The notes under the pieces were generated by a model, which saw only the letters and a program-made list of their open reading frames with translations, was not told the DNA's origin and did not search any database. The position numbers were made by a program, and so were the translations under genes. Below, piece after piece: positions 8,212 to 18,408 of a DNA stretch of 64,000 nt. Source of the stretch: Chlamydiota bacterium (GTDB lineage: Bacteria > Auribacterota > Tritonobacteria > UBA1439). Every line of letters starts with the position of its first letter. Position 1 is the first letter of the stretch. The stretch covers positions 1 to 64,000 of the forward strand of contig JBAXOY010000001.1 of the NCBI GenBank assembly GCA_037133055.1, in the 5' to 3' direction.

Positions 8212-9752
8212 CGCGCCCCCTCCCGCACTCCGGCCATAAGCATACCGATCCTCTCCCGGTCGGCCTCACCCCTCGGGAAGATACGCAGGATATTCCCCCC
8301 GTATATGACCCCGATCGTGTCGGCGATCGCGAGGATCTCGTCGAGGTCCTCCGAGATGAGCAGCACCGCCGCTCCGCGGTCCCGCTCTTCGAGCATCTTC
8401 CGGTGGATAAGCGCCGCGGCCCCCACATCGAGCCCCCGCACCGGCTGCGAGGCGACGACGAGCGCGGGGCCTGGTTCGAGCACCCGCGCGAGGATCGCCT
8501 TCTGGATGTTCCCCCCGGAGAGCGATCGCGCCTCTATGCCGACAGAGTGGGCCACGATGCCGTACTCCGCGATGAGCCGCTCAGCGTGGGAGTCGATCTC
8601 CCCCTCCGCGAGGCAGAATCCGCTCGCGAACGGGGCGAGATGATACCGCTCGAGGACCAGGTTGTGTTTCAGGGAAAGGTCGAGTATCGCGCCGGACTCC
8701 ATCCGGTCCTCCGGTATCCTCCCCACTCCGCGCGCCGCGAGCATGCGCGGCGTCGCTCCCCGCATGCGGGCGCCGTCCACCAGGAACTCGCCTCCCGACG
8801 CCGCGCGAACGCCCGAAAGGACCTCGGCGAGTTCGCGCTGGCCGTTCCCCGAGACCCCCGCAAGACCGAATATCTCCCCGCGCCGGACAGTGAAGGAGAC
8901 TCCCTTGAGGGACTCGATGCCGAGATCGCCGCGCGCCCGCAAACCCCGGACCTCGAGGACCGGGCCCCCCGGGCTCCGCGCGGCGCGCGGCGCGGTTTCC
9001 GCCGCGTCCCGCCCCGTCATGGCAGCGGAGAGACCTCGCGCGTCCGTGCCCGGCGTCTCTCTGTCGAGGACGACCCTCCCCCTGCGCAGCACCATCACGC
9101 GGTCGGAGACCGCCATCACCTCCGCGAGCTTGTGGCTTATAAAGACGACCCCGGCCCCGGCCCGCTTCAGCGCCCCGATGATCTCGAAGAGCTCCGCCGC
9201 CTCGCGCGGGGTGAGGACCGCGGTCGGCTCGTCGAGGACGAGAATCTCCGCCCTCTTTGAGAGGACTTTCAGGATCTCGACGCGCTGGCGCTCCCCGACG
9301 GAGAGCTCCCGTATCTTCTTCGCCGGGTCGACCCGGATACCGTACCGCTCTGAAAATTCACGGATGCGCTTCTCCACCGCGGGCAGGTCCAGGAAGATGC
9401 CGCGCCGCTGCGGACGCGCGCCGAGGGCGACGTTTTCCGCGACCGTGAGCTCCGAGACGAGCGTGAAATGCTGGTGCACCATGCCGATGCCGAGGGCCAT
9501 GGCATCCCGCGGGGAGCTGATGCAGGCGGGCGCTCCCTTCACGAAGATCCGCCCGCCGTCGGGGGTGTAGAGCCCGTAGAGGATCCTGACCAGGGTGGAT
9601 TTCCCGGCGCCGTTCTCGCCGAGGAGGGCGAGGACCTCCCCGCGCCGGAGAGTGAGATCAACGCGGTCGTTGACCGGTTTCCCGTAGAACCGCTTGACGA
9701 TCCCCCGCATCTCGACGAGGGGGGGAGAGGGCGTGGAGCAGGAGTCGGTCAT
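8208..9752 (-). CDS. CUT2-type ABC transporter ATP-binding protein (tandem ATPase)
   Basis: GENGAGKST, LSVGERQ, DEPT, LSGGNIQK. Confidence 0.93.
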   Translation of the reverse strand: MTDSCSTPSPPLVEMRGIVKRFYGKPVNDRVDLTLRRGEVLALLGENGAGKSTLVRILYGLYTPDGGRIFVKGAPACISSPRDAMALGIGMVHQHFTLVSELTVAENVALGARPQRRGIFLDLPAVEKRIREFSERYGIRVDPAKKIRELSVGERQRVEILKVLSKRAEILVLDEPTAVLTPREAAELFEIIGALKRAGAGVVFISHKLAEVMAVSDRVMVLRRGRVVLDRETPGTDARGLSAAMTGRDAAETAPRAARSPGGPVLEVRGLRARGDLGIESLKGVSFTVRRGEIFGLAGVSGNGQRELAEVLSGVRAASGGEFLVDGARMRGATPRMLAARGVGRIPEDRMESGAILDLSLKHNLVLERYHLAPFASGFCLAEGEIDSHAERLIAEYGIVAHSVGIEARSLSGGNIQKAILARVLEPGPALVVASQPVRGLDVGAAALIHRKMLEERDRGAAVLLISEDLDEILAIADTIGVIYGGNILRIFPRGEADRERIGMLMAGVREGAR

Positions 9753-9818
9753 GAATGCACCATTGCTGCGCAGATCTGAAATCTGAGATCTGAGATTCGC
9801 GCCGGATCAGGCGCGATC

Positions 9819-10832
9819 TCAGTCCGACGCGGGGACCTTCTCGCTCACGGGGACGGTGAAGCGCCCCTCGAGAATATCCTTCTGCTTCTCCGCGACCATC
9901 GCCCTTATCTCCGGCGAGAGCTTCGTATCGAAGCCGTGGTACGGGGCGAGGGACGCCCCTCCCTTCTTCATCATCGACCAGTCCGCAAGGTTCTGCGCGG
10001 TCCATGTCCCGGCCCTGACGCTGCAGATCGCCTCCTGCACGGTGGGCCACATGTCCCAGACCGGCCCGGTCACAACGTTATCGGGGGCGAGCTGCCACTG
10101 CGGCTGCATGTTGCTGAACGCGAGGAGGCCCTTCTCCCGGCACGCCTCGATCACGCCGTAGCGCTCCCCGAAGAAAACGTCGGCGCCGAACGCGGTCTCC
10201 GCGAGGACCGCCTCTTTCGCCTTCGGGGGGTCGAACCAGGAGTTGATGAAGACGACCTTGGCCCGCGTCTTCGGATTCACGGACTTCGCGCCGGCGAAGA
10301 ACGCGTTCACCAGCCGGTTCACCTCGGGGACCGAATACCCCCCCACCGCGCCGATGACATTCGTCTTCGTGAGTTTCCCGGCGATCATGCCCGAGAGGTA
10401 AGCGGGCTCGTGGATCCAGTTGTCGAAGACGGAGAAGTTGGGGGCCTGAGGACCGAGACCGGACCCGAAGCAGAAGGCGGTCTTCGGAAAATCCCCCGCC
10501 GCGCGGCGGACCGCCTCCTCGGAGCCGAACGCATCGCCCATGATGAGATCGAAGCCGCGCCCGGCGAACTCGCGCACCACCCGCTCGAAGTCGGGGTTGG
10601 CGACGGATTCGGCCCATTCGTAGTCGACGCCGAGCTCGGCCTTCGCGCGGAGGAGCGCCTTGTGGATGCAGCCGTCCCACGGCTCCTCGATCGGCGTCGC
10701 GAACACCGCCGCCACCTTCAGCTTCTTCGCGGCGCCGTCCCCTTCCTTCGACGCCCCGCCCCCGCAGCCGATAAGCGCCGCGCACGCGGCGAGGACCGCG
10801 ATCCGGAAAATCCATCTGTCGTTCATCGGCAT
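9819..10832 (-). CDS. BMP-family ABC substrate-binding lipoprotein
   Basis: Lipobox-like ALIGC; INSWFDPPKAKEA; AYLSGMIAG; start chosen at MPMND. Confidence 0.88.
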   Translation of the reverse strand: MPMNDRWIFRIAVLAACAALIGCGGGASKEGDGAAKKLKVAAVFATPIEEPWDGCIHKALLRAKAELGVDYEWAESVANPDFERVVREFAGRGFDLIMGDAFGSEEAVRRAAGDFPKTAFCFGSGLGPQAPNFSVFDNWIHEPAYLSGMIAGKLTKTNVIGAVGGYSVPEVNRLVNAFFAGAKSVNPKTRAKVVFINSWFDPPKAKEAVLAETAFGADVFFGERYGVIEACREKGLLAFSNMQPQWQLAPDNVVTGPVWDMWPTVQEAICSVRAGTWTAQNLADWSMMKKGGASLAPYHGFDTKLSPEIRAMVAEKQKDILEGRFTVPVSEKVPASD

Positions 10833-10947
10833 GTGCCCCCCCGTATCGCGTAATTTCTTCGCCGGGCGCGGTAAAGGATACCACAAAACGGATTCGCGAA
10901 GCGCCGGATGGATGGATGAGAACTCGTTTCTGGTATAGAATGGGGAG

Positions 10948-11865
10948 ATGAAGACGAGATCTTCCGCCGCATACCCGATGCTCGTCGCCGCGGTCGCCAT
11001 CTGGGGCGCCTCCTACCCCGTGACCAGGTATGCGCTCCGGTTCATACCTCCGTTCACGCTCGCCTTTCTCCGCTACGGGCTTTCGGCGCTCCTGTTCGCC
11101 CTGTGCATGGGCGGGAGGCTCCGCATCCCGAAGAGCGAGACGGGGACCGTCCTCCTCCTCGGCCTCGCCGGCGGCGCGGGCTTCGTGATGTTCATGAACC
11201 TCGGGATGTCGTTCACCACGGGCCTTTCGGGATCGCTGCTCTCGGGGGCCCCGCCCCTCATCACGGCGCTCCTCGCCCTCGCGATCCTGAAGGAGCCTCT
11301 CCACAGGGGCACGGTCGCGGGGCTCGCCGCGGGGCTCGCGGGCGTGCTCTGCGTCACGGGCTCCTCGCTCGTCTCCGGGGGAGCGTTCTCCTCCGCTTTC
11401 GCGGGGGACGCCCTCATTCTCATGTCACAATTCTGCTGGGCCCTCTATACGGTCATCGGGAAGCGCGCGGCGGGGCGGATGGAGGGCGCAGTTGCGGGGG
11501 CGTGGACGATCATCGTGGCGGCGGGCCTCCTCTTCCCGTTCGCCCTTGCCGAGAGCGTGTGGGGGCGGCCCTGCGTCGTGACGGGCGGGGCGATCTGGGC
11601 GGTGCTGTACCTGACGGTCCTCAACACCGCCCTCGCGTATCTCCTCTGGAACCGGGCGCTCCACCTCGTGGGGGCGTCGACGGCGGCGGGCTTCCAGTTC
11701 ATCCAGCCGCTCTCCGGGGCGCTGGTGGCGATGGCGCTTCTGGGGGAGGCCCTGACGTATCTCCTCGCCGCAGGGGCGGCGCTTATCCTTGCGGGGGTGT
11801 CCCTGATGGCGCATGCCGGGCGGCGGGGGCCTGCATCACCCCCATCCCGTCCCTCCCATCAATAA
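10948..11865 (+). CDS. DMT/EamA-family transporter
   Basis: IWGASY, LAFLRY, ~10 TM segments in two repeats. Confidence 0.88.
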   Translation: MKTRSSAAYPMLVAAVAIWGASYPVTRYALRFIPPFTLAFLRYGLSALLFALCMGGRLRIPKSETGTVLLLGLAGGAGFVMFMNLGMSFTTGLSGSLLSGAPPLITALLALAILKEPLHRGTVAGLAAGLAGVLCVTGSSLVSGGAFSSAFAGDALILMSQFCWALYTVIGKRAAGRMEGAVAGAWTIIVAAGLLFPFALAESVWGRPCVVTGGAIWAVLYLTVLNTALAYLLWNRALHLVGASTAAGFQFIQPLSGALVAMALLGEALTYLLAAGAALILAGVSLMAHAGRRGPASPPSRPSHQ

Positions 11866-13445
11866 TCCAGGATGTCCGCGAACGCCTTCCGCTCGTACTC
11901 GTGGATCATGGGGACCCCGGTGACGTCGCGCGCGAGCGGCGTGAGGGACGCAAGGTCCCGGCGGTCGATCAGGTTGAGATTGAATTTCTTGCACCCGGCG
12001 ATGAGCTGCTGGAGGCCTACCCTCAGCCGGTCGAAGTAGGTGTACTCGCCGACCGCGGTCCACGGCAGTTCCTTCCCGACCGCCTTGCCGAAGCGCGCTC
12101 TCAGTTCGGTCATCGTGATGAAGAAGTTCTCCGGGTTGTCGCCGTAGCGCGCCCTGAACTGCGGGGGGAGCCCCTCCGCCTCGGCGAGCTTTGTGAAGTA
12201 ATCGGCCTTCATCGCCGCGGTGATCGGCGCGCGCGCCATGGCGATCGCCTTCACGTACGGGCCGCCGCCGAAGTTGCTCATGGCGATCGCCTTGAATATC
12301 TGCGTCTCGTTGACAAACCCGCCCGCGATCGCAATGTCGGGGATGTACTTCCCGTTCTCCCTGAGGATCCGCACCGCCTCGAGCACGATCGACTCGAGGT
12401 AGATCGTCGGCGTCGAGCAGTCCTGCATCATCGGGATCGGCGACATTCCCGTGCCCCCGCCCGCGCCGTCGAGCGTGAGGAGGTCCACTCTCGCCTGCGA
12501 GGCGCACTTGAGGATGAAGGCGATGGCGTACGGGTTGGGCGAGCCGGTCTTCATGAAAACCTTTTTCGCCCCCTCGCTCCTCAGCCACGCCACGTCCTCG
12601 ACGAAGCTTGTGCGCTCCGGCATCCCCACGCGCGAGTGGCGCTCGAAGGTGTCGAAGACCCGCTTCTTGAACGCCTCACGGACCGCCGGGTCCTCCGGGT
12701 CGGGGATGACCACGTAGCCGCGGCGCTTGAGCATCAGGGCTTTCTCGATCGTGTGGATGCGCACCTCGCCGCCGATGTTCTTCGCCCCCTGCCCCCACTT
12801 CCGCTCGATGATGTTCACACCGAGCTTCTTGATGGCGTACAGGTCCACGCCGGACCGCTGGTCCTCGACGTTCGTCTGGACGCCGATATCCCCGTATTCG
12901 CCGTCCCAGAAGGTGCGGTACTGGTCGATCCGGTACCTGAGCTGGGGCGAGTCGGTCACCATCCCGTTCGCGTCGAACTTCGCCTCCTCGTCCATGCCGC
13001 AGACGTTCTCGCCGATGATGTCGATGATCCCGGAGATCGCCGCCCCCATGGAGAGGCCGAGCCAGTTCCTCCTTGCGACATCAGTCGAGCCGAGGCCGGG
13101 GATGAGGAGCGGCAGCTTCACCTTCACGCCGCCAAGGGTCTGGGAGATGTCCACGTTCGGGAAGAGCGCCCTGTCGGAATCCTCCGCGATCCCCTTCGCG
13201 CCCCGCACCTCGACCATGATCTGGAGGTCGCACCAGTTCAGGCCGTAATCCTTGTTGGAGGCGGCGGTGGATTCGCCGAACCGCTCCGGCTCGGGGTAGA
13301 GCACCTCGCGGCCCCGAAAGGCGCTTTTCCCGATCTCGCAGAGCACCTTGCACTCGCGGATGCAGATCGGGCACATGCCGCTCAGGGGGGACGCGTCCCG
13401 CGTCCTCAGGCTCGTGCCGCTCGTCGAACGCGCGTTCTCTTTCAA
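11859..13445 (-). CDS. FMN-binding glutamate synthase family protein (stand-alone GltB2-like)
   Basis: N-terminal CxxCxxxCxxxCEIG, KWGQGAKNIGGE, DGAGGGTGMSP, IAIAGG; TTG start with GGAGA RBS. Confidence 0.88.
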   Translation of the reverse strand: MKENARSTSGTSLRTRDASPLSGMCPICIRECKVLCEIGKSAFRGREVLYPEPERFGESTAASNKDYGLNWCDLQIMVEVRGAKGIAEDSDRALFPNVDISQTLGGVKVKLPLLIPGLGSTDVARRNWLGLSMGAAISGIIDIIGENVCGMDEEAKFDANGMVTDSPQLRYRIDQYRTFWDGEYGDIGVQTNVEDQRSGVDLYAIKKLGVNIIERKWGQGAKNIGGEVRIHTIEKALMLKRRGYVVIPDPEDPAVREAFKKRVFDTFERHSRVGMPERTSFVEDVAWLRSEGAKKVFMKTGSPNPYAIAFILKCASQARVDLLTLDGAGGGTGMSPIPMMQDCSTPTIYLESIVLEAVRILRENGKYIPDIAIAGGFVNETQIFKAIAMSNFGGGPYVKAIAMARAPITAAMKADYFTKLAEAEGLPPQFRARYGDNPENFFITMTELRARFGKAVGKELPWTAVGEYTYFDRLRVGLQQLIAGCKKFNLNLIDRRDLASLTPLARDVTGVPMIHEYERKAFADILDY

Positions 13446-13598
13446 GGGAATCTCCTGGTTGTCCGCGCATCGCGCGCGGGGGTGGAAAACCGCCTGCCCC
13501 CCGGAATCCCGGGGAAAGGGGGATTATACATGAAAGGGCGGCACTGCGGGACAAGGATTCCCTTGCGGTCCCCCCTTACCCCCCGCGGGGATTTCCGC

Positions 13599-13627
13599 TT
13601 GCGGCGCATCCCCCGTTTCCCTATACT
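13599..13627 (+). promoter_or_regulatory. Putative sigma70 promoter of fdrA operon
   Basis: TTGCGG-17 bp-TATACT. Confidence 0.5.
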
Positions 13628-13689
13628 CTACTCATTCCAATCCGCCGGCACGAGAGCGTTCGTCACCGGCCTGCGCCGTGGGGGAATTT

Positions 13690-15234
13690 ATGCTCCGGAA
13701 TATCATCATCAGGAATCGCTACGTCGACTCGGTCATGCTGATGTCCATCGCCGCGAAGGCGAAGGGGTGGGCGGGCGTCGAGGAGGTCTCGGCGATGATG
13801 GGCACCGGCGCCAACAAGGAGCTCCTCTCCTCCGCGGGCCTGCTCGCCGACGAGGGGCGCGCGGCGGCCCCGATGGACCTCGTCATCGCCGTCCGGGCGG
13901 CGGATGAAGCCGCCGCCGTGAAAGCCGCCGCGGCGGTGCAGGAGTTCCTCTCCCGGCGCCCTGAAACGCCCGCCGGCGACGCGAAGGCCGCTCCGCGCTC
14001 CCTCTCGGGCGCGCTGTCGGCGATGCCGGACGCCAACCTCCTCTTCATCTCCCTCCCCGGGGCCTACGCGCGCCGGGAGGCCGAAGCGGCGCTCGATCGC
14101 GGCCTCCACGTGATGATCTTCAGCGACAACGTCCCGATCGGGGAGGAGATCGCGCTGAAGAAGAAGGCCCGCGGCCTCGGCCTGATCGTGATGGGCCCCG
14201 ACTGCGGCACCGCGATCATCGGCGACGTCGCCCTCGGCTTCGCGAACGTGGTGAACCACGGCCCCATCGGCATCGTCGGGGCGTCGGGCACCGGGATACA
14301 GGAGGTGAGCTGCATCATCTCGAACAGCGGGCTCGGCATCACGCACGCCATCGGCCTCGGGGGGCGCGACCTCAAGGAGGAGGTGGGCGGGATCAGCATG
14401 CTTCAGGGGATCGAGGCGCTCGACGCCGACCCGGCCACGAAGCTGATCGTCCTCATCTCGAAGCCCCCCGCCCCGTCGGTCGCGGCGAGGGTGCTCGACA
14501 GGGCGGAGAAATGCTCTAAACCGGTCGTGGTGAATTTTCTGAAGGGCGACCCCGCCGAGGCGGCGAAACGCGGACTCGCCTTCTCACCCACCCTCGAGGA
14601 AGCCGCCCTGATGGCGGTCGAAATGGCCGGGGGCCAAGCGCGCCCCCCCGCGGGCGTCGCCCCGGAGGTCCGTCTGATCGCCGCGGAGGAACGGGCGCGG
14701 CTCGCCCCGGGCCAAAACTATATCCGGGGGCTCTTTTCCGGCGGCACGCTCACCGATGAGGCGCTGCTCGTGCTCCGGGACTACGTCGGGGAATGCCATT
14801 CCAACACGCCGCTCGTGCCCGGGATGAAGCTCGCGGACGCGGGTAAGAGCGTGGAGAACTGCCTTGTGGATCTCGGGGACGACGAGTTCACCCGCGGGCG
14901 GCCGCACCCGATGATCGACTTCACACTGCGCTGCGAGCGGATCGTCCGGGAGGCGGAAGACCCGGAGACCGCGGTGATCCTGCTGGACGTGGTGCTCGGC
15001 TACGGCTCCCACCCCGACCCGGCGCGCGAGCTCGTGCCGGCGATCGAAGAGGCGCGCACCCGCGCGGGCGGGCGGCATATCGCGCACGTCGCCTCCATCA
15101 CCGGGACCGACGGAGACCCGCAGAATCGCGCGCGGCAGCGGATCGCGCTGGAGCGGGCCGGAGTGCGCGTCATGGAGACCAACGCGCGCGCCGCGCGCCT
15201 CGCGGGGCTGATCGCATCGAAAGGGGCGAACTGA
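13690..15234 (+). CDS. fdrA: FdrA/AllF-family acyl-CoA synthetase-like protein
   Basis: YVDSVMLM, MGTGANK, HVMIFSDNV, MGPDCGT, GASGTGIQE, ISKPP, DLGDDEFTRGRPHPMID. Confidence 0.92.
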   Translation: MLRNIIIRNRYVDSVMLMSIAAKAKGWAGVEEVSAMMGTGANKELLSSAGLLADEGRAAAPMDLVIAVRAADEAAAVKAAAAVQEFLSRRPETPAGDAKAAPRSLSGALSAMPDANLLFISLPGAYARREAEAALDRGLHVMIFSDNVPIGEEIALKKKARGLGLIVMGPDCGTAIIGDVALGFANVVNHGPIGIVGASGTGIQEVSCIISNSGLGITHAIGLGGRDLKEEVGGISMLQGIEALDADPATKLIVLISKPPAPSVAARVLDRAEKCSKPVVVNFLKGDPAEAAKRGLAFSPTLEEAALMAVEMAGGQARPPAGVAPEVRLIAAEERARLAPGQNYIRGLFSGGTLTDEALLVLRDYVGECHSNTPLVPGMKLADAGKSVENCLVDLGDDEFTRGRPHPMIDFTLRCERIVREAEDPETAVILLDVVLGYGSHPDPARELVPAIEEARTRAGGRHIAHVASITGTDGDPQNRARQRIALERAGVRVMETNARAARLAGLIASKGAN

Positions 15235-15235
15235 C

Positions 15236-16660
15236 ATGACCGCGCACGGAATGGCAGATCTTCTCAAGGGAAAACCGGACGTCATCAGCATGGGGCTCGC
15301 GTCGTTCACCGAGTCGATCGCCTCGCAGGGCGCCCGCGCGATCCATGTGGACTGGAAACCCCCGGCGGGGGGCGACCCCGCCGCGCTCGCGGCGCTCGAC
15401 GCGCTGCAGCCGTTTTCGGAGAAGATCCGGCAGGCCAACGACAGGGCCCTCGGGATGATGATCGACGCGCAACCGGTCCTCGTGGACATCCGGCCCGCCC
15501 GCGAGGTGATCCCGGGGATGACGGACCGCACGATCCTCCACGCCGGCCCCCCCATCGCATGGAAGGCGATGTGCGGGCCGATGCGCGGCGCCGTGGCGGG
15601 CGCGCTCGTCTACGAGGGAAAGGCGCGCGACGTCGGGGAGGCGGAGAAACTCGCCGCGGGCGGGAAGATCGACTTCTCCCCCTGCCACCACCACTCCGCC
15701 GTCGGGCCGATGGCGGGGGTCATCTCCCCCTCGATGCCGGTCTTCTGCGTCCGGAACGAGACCGCCGGGAACATGGCGTACGCGACGCTCAACGAGGGCC
15801 TGGGCAAGGTGCTCCGCTTCGGCGCGAACAGCCCCGGGGTGCTCGATCGCCTGAAGTGGATGGGCAAGGTCCTCGCCCCGTCGCTCGCGAAGGCGTTGAA
15901 GCTCGGCGGCGGGATCAACCTCAAGGGCCTCGTCGCCCAGGCGCTCATGATGGGGGACGAGTGCCACAACCGCAACGTGGCCGCCACGGGCCTCTTCCTC
16001 CGCGCCGTCACCCCGCGCCTCCTCGCCGCCGACATCGACCGGGAGACGGTCGGGCGGGTCTTCCAGTTCATCGCCGGGAACGACCACTTCTTCCTGAACC
16101 TCTCGATGGCGGCGAGCAAGGCGACCGCCGACACCGTGAACGGCATCACGCACTGCGCGATCATGAGCGCCATGGCGCGGAACGGCGTCGAGATCGGCAT
16201 CCGCGTCGCGGGACTCGGGGACCGGTGGTTCACCGCGCCCGCGGGCGAGCCGAAGGGGCTCTATTTCCCGGGCTTCTCCGCGGCCGACGGATGCCCCGAC
16301 CTCGGGGACAGCACCATCACGGAGACCGGCGCGCTCGGCGCGATGGCGATGGCGGCGGCGCCCGCGATCGTGAAGTTCGTAGGGGGCTCCCCCGCCGACG
16401 CGATCCGCGCCACGACGGAGATGTACGAGATCACCTGGGGGACGCACCGCGACTACCAGCTCCCCACGCTCGACTTCCGCGGCACCCCCGCCGGGGTGGA
16501 GATCAGGAAGGTGGTCGAGACGGGGATACTCCCGATCATCAACACCGGGGTCGCCCACCGGAAGCCCGGCATCGGCCAGATCGGCGCAGGGATCCTCCGG
16601 GCGGACATGCGCTGTTTCCGGGGCGCGCTCGATGCGTTCGTTAAAAAGTACGCGGAGTAA
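15236..16660 (+). CDS. DUF1116 (YlbE/YahG/AllG) family protein with N-terminal WKPPAGG module
   Basis: ILHAGPP, PCHHHSAVGPMAG, NEGLGKVLRFGA, MGDECHNRN, DLGDSTITE, INTGVAH. Confidence 0.9.
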   Translation: MTAHGMADLLKGKPDVISMGLASFTESIASQGARAIHVDWKPPAGGDPAALAALDALQPFSEKIRQANDRALGMMIDAQPVLVDIRPAREVIPGMTDRTILHAGPPIAWKAMCGPMRGAVAGALVYEGKARDVGEAEKLAAGGKIDFSPCHHHSAVGPMAGVISPSMPVFCVRNETAGNMAYATLNEGLGKVLRFGANSPGVLDRLKWMGKVLAPSLAKALKLGGGINLKGLVAQALMMGDECHNRNVAATGLFLRAVTPRLLAADIDRETVGRVFQFIAGNDHFFLNLSMAASKATADTVNGITHCAIMSAMARNGVEIGIRVAGLGDRWFTAPAGEPKGLYFPGFSAADGCPDLGDSTITETGALGAMAMAAAPAIVKFVGGSPADAIRATTEMYEITWGTHRDYQLPTLDFRGTPAGVEIRKVVETGILPIINTGVAHRKPGIGQIGAGILRADMRCFRGALDAFVKKYAE

Positions 16661-16664
16661 ACGG

Positions 16665-16702
16665 TCAATGTGCTTCAGTGTGCATCTGTGTTAATCTGTG
16701 TC
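16665..16702. repeat. Short ATCTGTG-type repeat array
   Basis: TCAATGTG..TCAGTGTG..ATCTGTG..ATCTGTG between DUF1116 gene and mdcA. Confidence 0.55.
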
Positions 16703-16730
16703 GAACGTGATTTTTTGGAGACCTGAACCG

Positions 16731-18398
16731 ATGACGAAAAAGGACTACCGCACCCTCGCCCGCGACCGCGAACAGCGCCTCGCCGCCGCCCGCCCGCTCG
16801 CGCGCGGGGAGACCAAAGTCGTCCCCCCGGAGAACGCCGCTGACCTGCTCTACGCGGTCATCCGACCCGGGGACCGGGTCAACATCGAGGGAGACAACCA
16901 GAAGCAGGCGGATTTCCTCGCAAAGGCCCTCGCGGGTCTCGACCCCGCCCGTATAAACCGCCTCCATATGCTCCAATCGTCGGTCGCGCTCCCCGAGCAC
17001 ATCGCCGTGTTCGAGCGCGGCATCGCCGAGAGGCTCGACTTCGCGTTCTCCGGCCCTCAGGCGAAGGAGATCGCGCGGATCGTGAGCGAGGGGAAAGTAA
17101 AGATCGGCGCCATTCACACCTACCTCGAACTCTACGGCCGCTATTTCGTGGACCTCACCCCCCGCGTCGCGCTCATCGCCGCGGAGCTCGCCGATTCCCG
17201 GGGCAATCTCTACACCGGCTACAACACCGAGGAAACCCCGACCATCGTCGAGGCCACCGCGTTCAAGCAGGGGATAGTGATCGCGCAGGCGCGGGAGATC
17301 ACGGATGCGTTGCCGCGCGTGGACATCCCGGGGGACCAGGTGGACTTCGTGATCCCCTGCGGGGCATCCCCGTATATCGAGCCGCTCTTCACCCGCGACC
17401 CCGCCAGGATCACCGAGATGCAGATCTTCACGGCGATGCTCGCGATGAAGGGCATCTACGCCCCCTACGGGGTGAAATGCCTGAACCACGGCATCGGCTA
17501 CGGGACGGCGGCGATCGAGCTGCTGCTCCCCACCTACGGCGAAACGCTCGGCCTCAAGGGGCGCGCGTGCACGCACTGGGTGCTGAACCCCCACCCCACC
17601 ATCATACCCGCCATCGAAGCGGGGTTCGTCGAGAGAATCCACTCCTTCGGCAGCGAACCGGGGATGGAGGAGTACATACGGGAGCGGAGCGACATCTTTT
17701 TCAACGGGCGGGACGGGAGCATGCGCTCGAACCGTTTGCTCTCGCAGGTCGCCGGGATCTACGCGAGCGACATGTTTATCGGGGCCACGCTCCAGATCGA
17801 CGAGAACGGCAACAGCTCGACCGCCACGATGAGCCGCATCGCCGGCTTCGGGGGCGCGCCCAACCTCGGCAGCAACGCGCGCGGGAGAAGGCACGTGAGC
17901 GAATGCTGGCTCAAGGCGGGCGCCGAGGACCTCGGGTCGATCCGTAATGCCGGGGGGCTCGTGCGGGGCAGGAAGCTCGTGGTGCAGCTCACCCCCACCG
18001 TGAGCGAGAAGAAGGAGATACCGGTCTTCATCGAGCACCTGGACGCGGAAAAGCTCCACGCGCAGGGGCGCTTCCTTCTCCCGCCGGTGATGCTCTACGG
18101 CGACGAGATCACGCACATCGTCACCGAGAAGGGGATCGCCGTGCTCCACCGCTGCCCGGACATCCCCGTCCGCCAGGCCGCGATAAGGGCCGTCGCGGGG
18201 GACACCCCTCTCGGCAGGAAGGAAAAGAAGGCGGAGACCGAGCGCTTGCGGGCGGAGAAGATCGTCCTCTGCCCCGAAGACCTCAACCTGAAACCGGAGG
18301 ACGCCCGCCACGACCTGCTCGCCGCGAGGTCTATCGCAGACCTCGTGACGGCCTCCGACGGCCTCTACAAGCCCCCCGCCAGGTTCGTCGGAGAATAG
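16731..18398 (+). CDS. mdcA: Malonate decarboxylase alpha-subunit family (acyl transferase), without other mdc genes nearby
   Basis: EGDNQKQADFLA, IHTYLELYGRYFVDLTP, LFTRDP, NHGIGYGTAAIELLLPT, GFGGAPNLG, PPVMLYGDE, GLYKPP. Confidence 0.9.
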   Translation: MTKKDYRTLARDREQRLAAARPLARGETKVVPPENAADLLYAVIRPGDRVNIEGDNQKQADFLAKALAGLDPARINRLHMLQSSVALPEHIAVFERGIAERLDFAFSGPQAKEIARIVSEGKVKIGAIHTYLELYGRYFVDLTPRVALIAAELADSRGNLYTGYNTEETPTIVEATAFKQGIVIAQAREITDALPRVDIPGDQVDFVIPCGASPYIEPLFTRDPARITEMQIFTAMLAMKGIYAPYGVKCLNHGIGYGTAAIELLLPTYGETLGLKGRACTHWVLNPHPTIIPAIEAGFVERIHSFGSEPGMEEYIRERSDIFFNGRDGSMRSNRLLSQVAGIYASDMFIGATLQIDENGNSSTATMSRIAGFGGAPNLGSNARGRRHVSECWLKAGAEDLGSIRNAGGLVRGRKLVVQLTPTVSEKKEIPVFIEHLDAEKLHAQGRFLLPPVMLYGDEITHIVTEKGIAVLHRCPDIPVRQAAIRAVAGDTPLGRKEKKAETERLRAEKIVLCPEDLNLKPEDARHDLLAARSIADLVTASDGLYKPPARFVGE

Positions 18399-18408
18399 AC
18401 ATCAGGAT

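Noticed and set aside
13640..13685. CCGG-CACGAG...CCGG hairpin in the fdrA leader as a guanidine-III riboswitch
   Set aside because: Second conserved motif and pseudoknot partner not found
11103..13907. Very long alternative-frame or antisense ORFs (e.g. 934 aa here, 799 aa at 291-2690, 817 aa at 37813-40266)
   Set aside because: Shadow ORFs of GC-rich coding DNA; Arg/Pro/Gly-rich, no motifs, and they overlap well-supported genes
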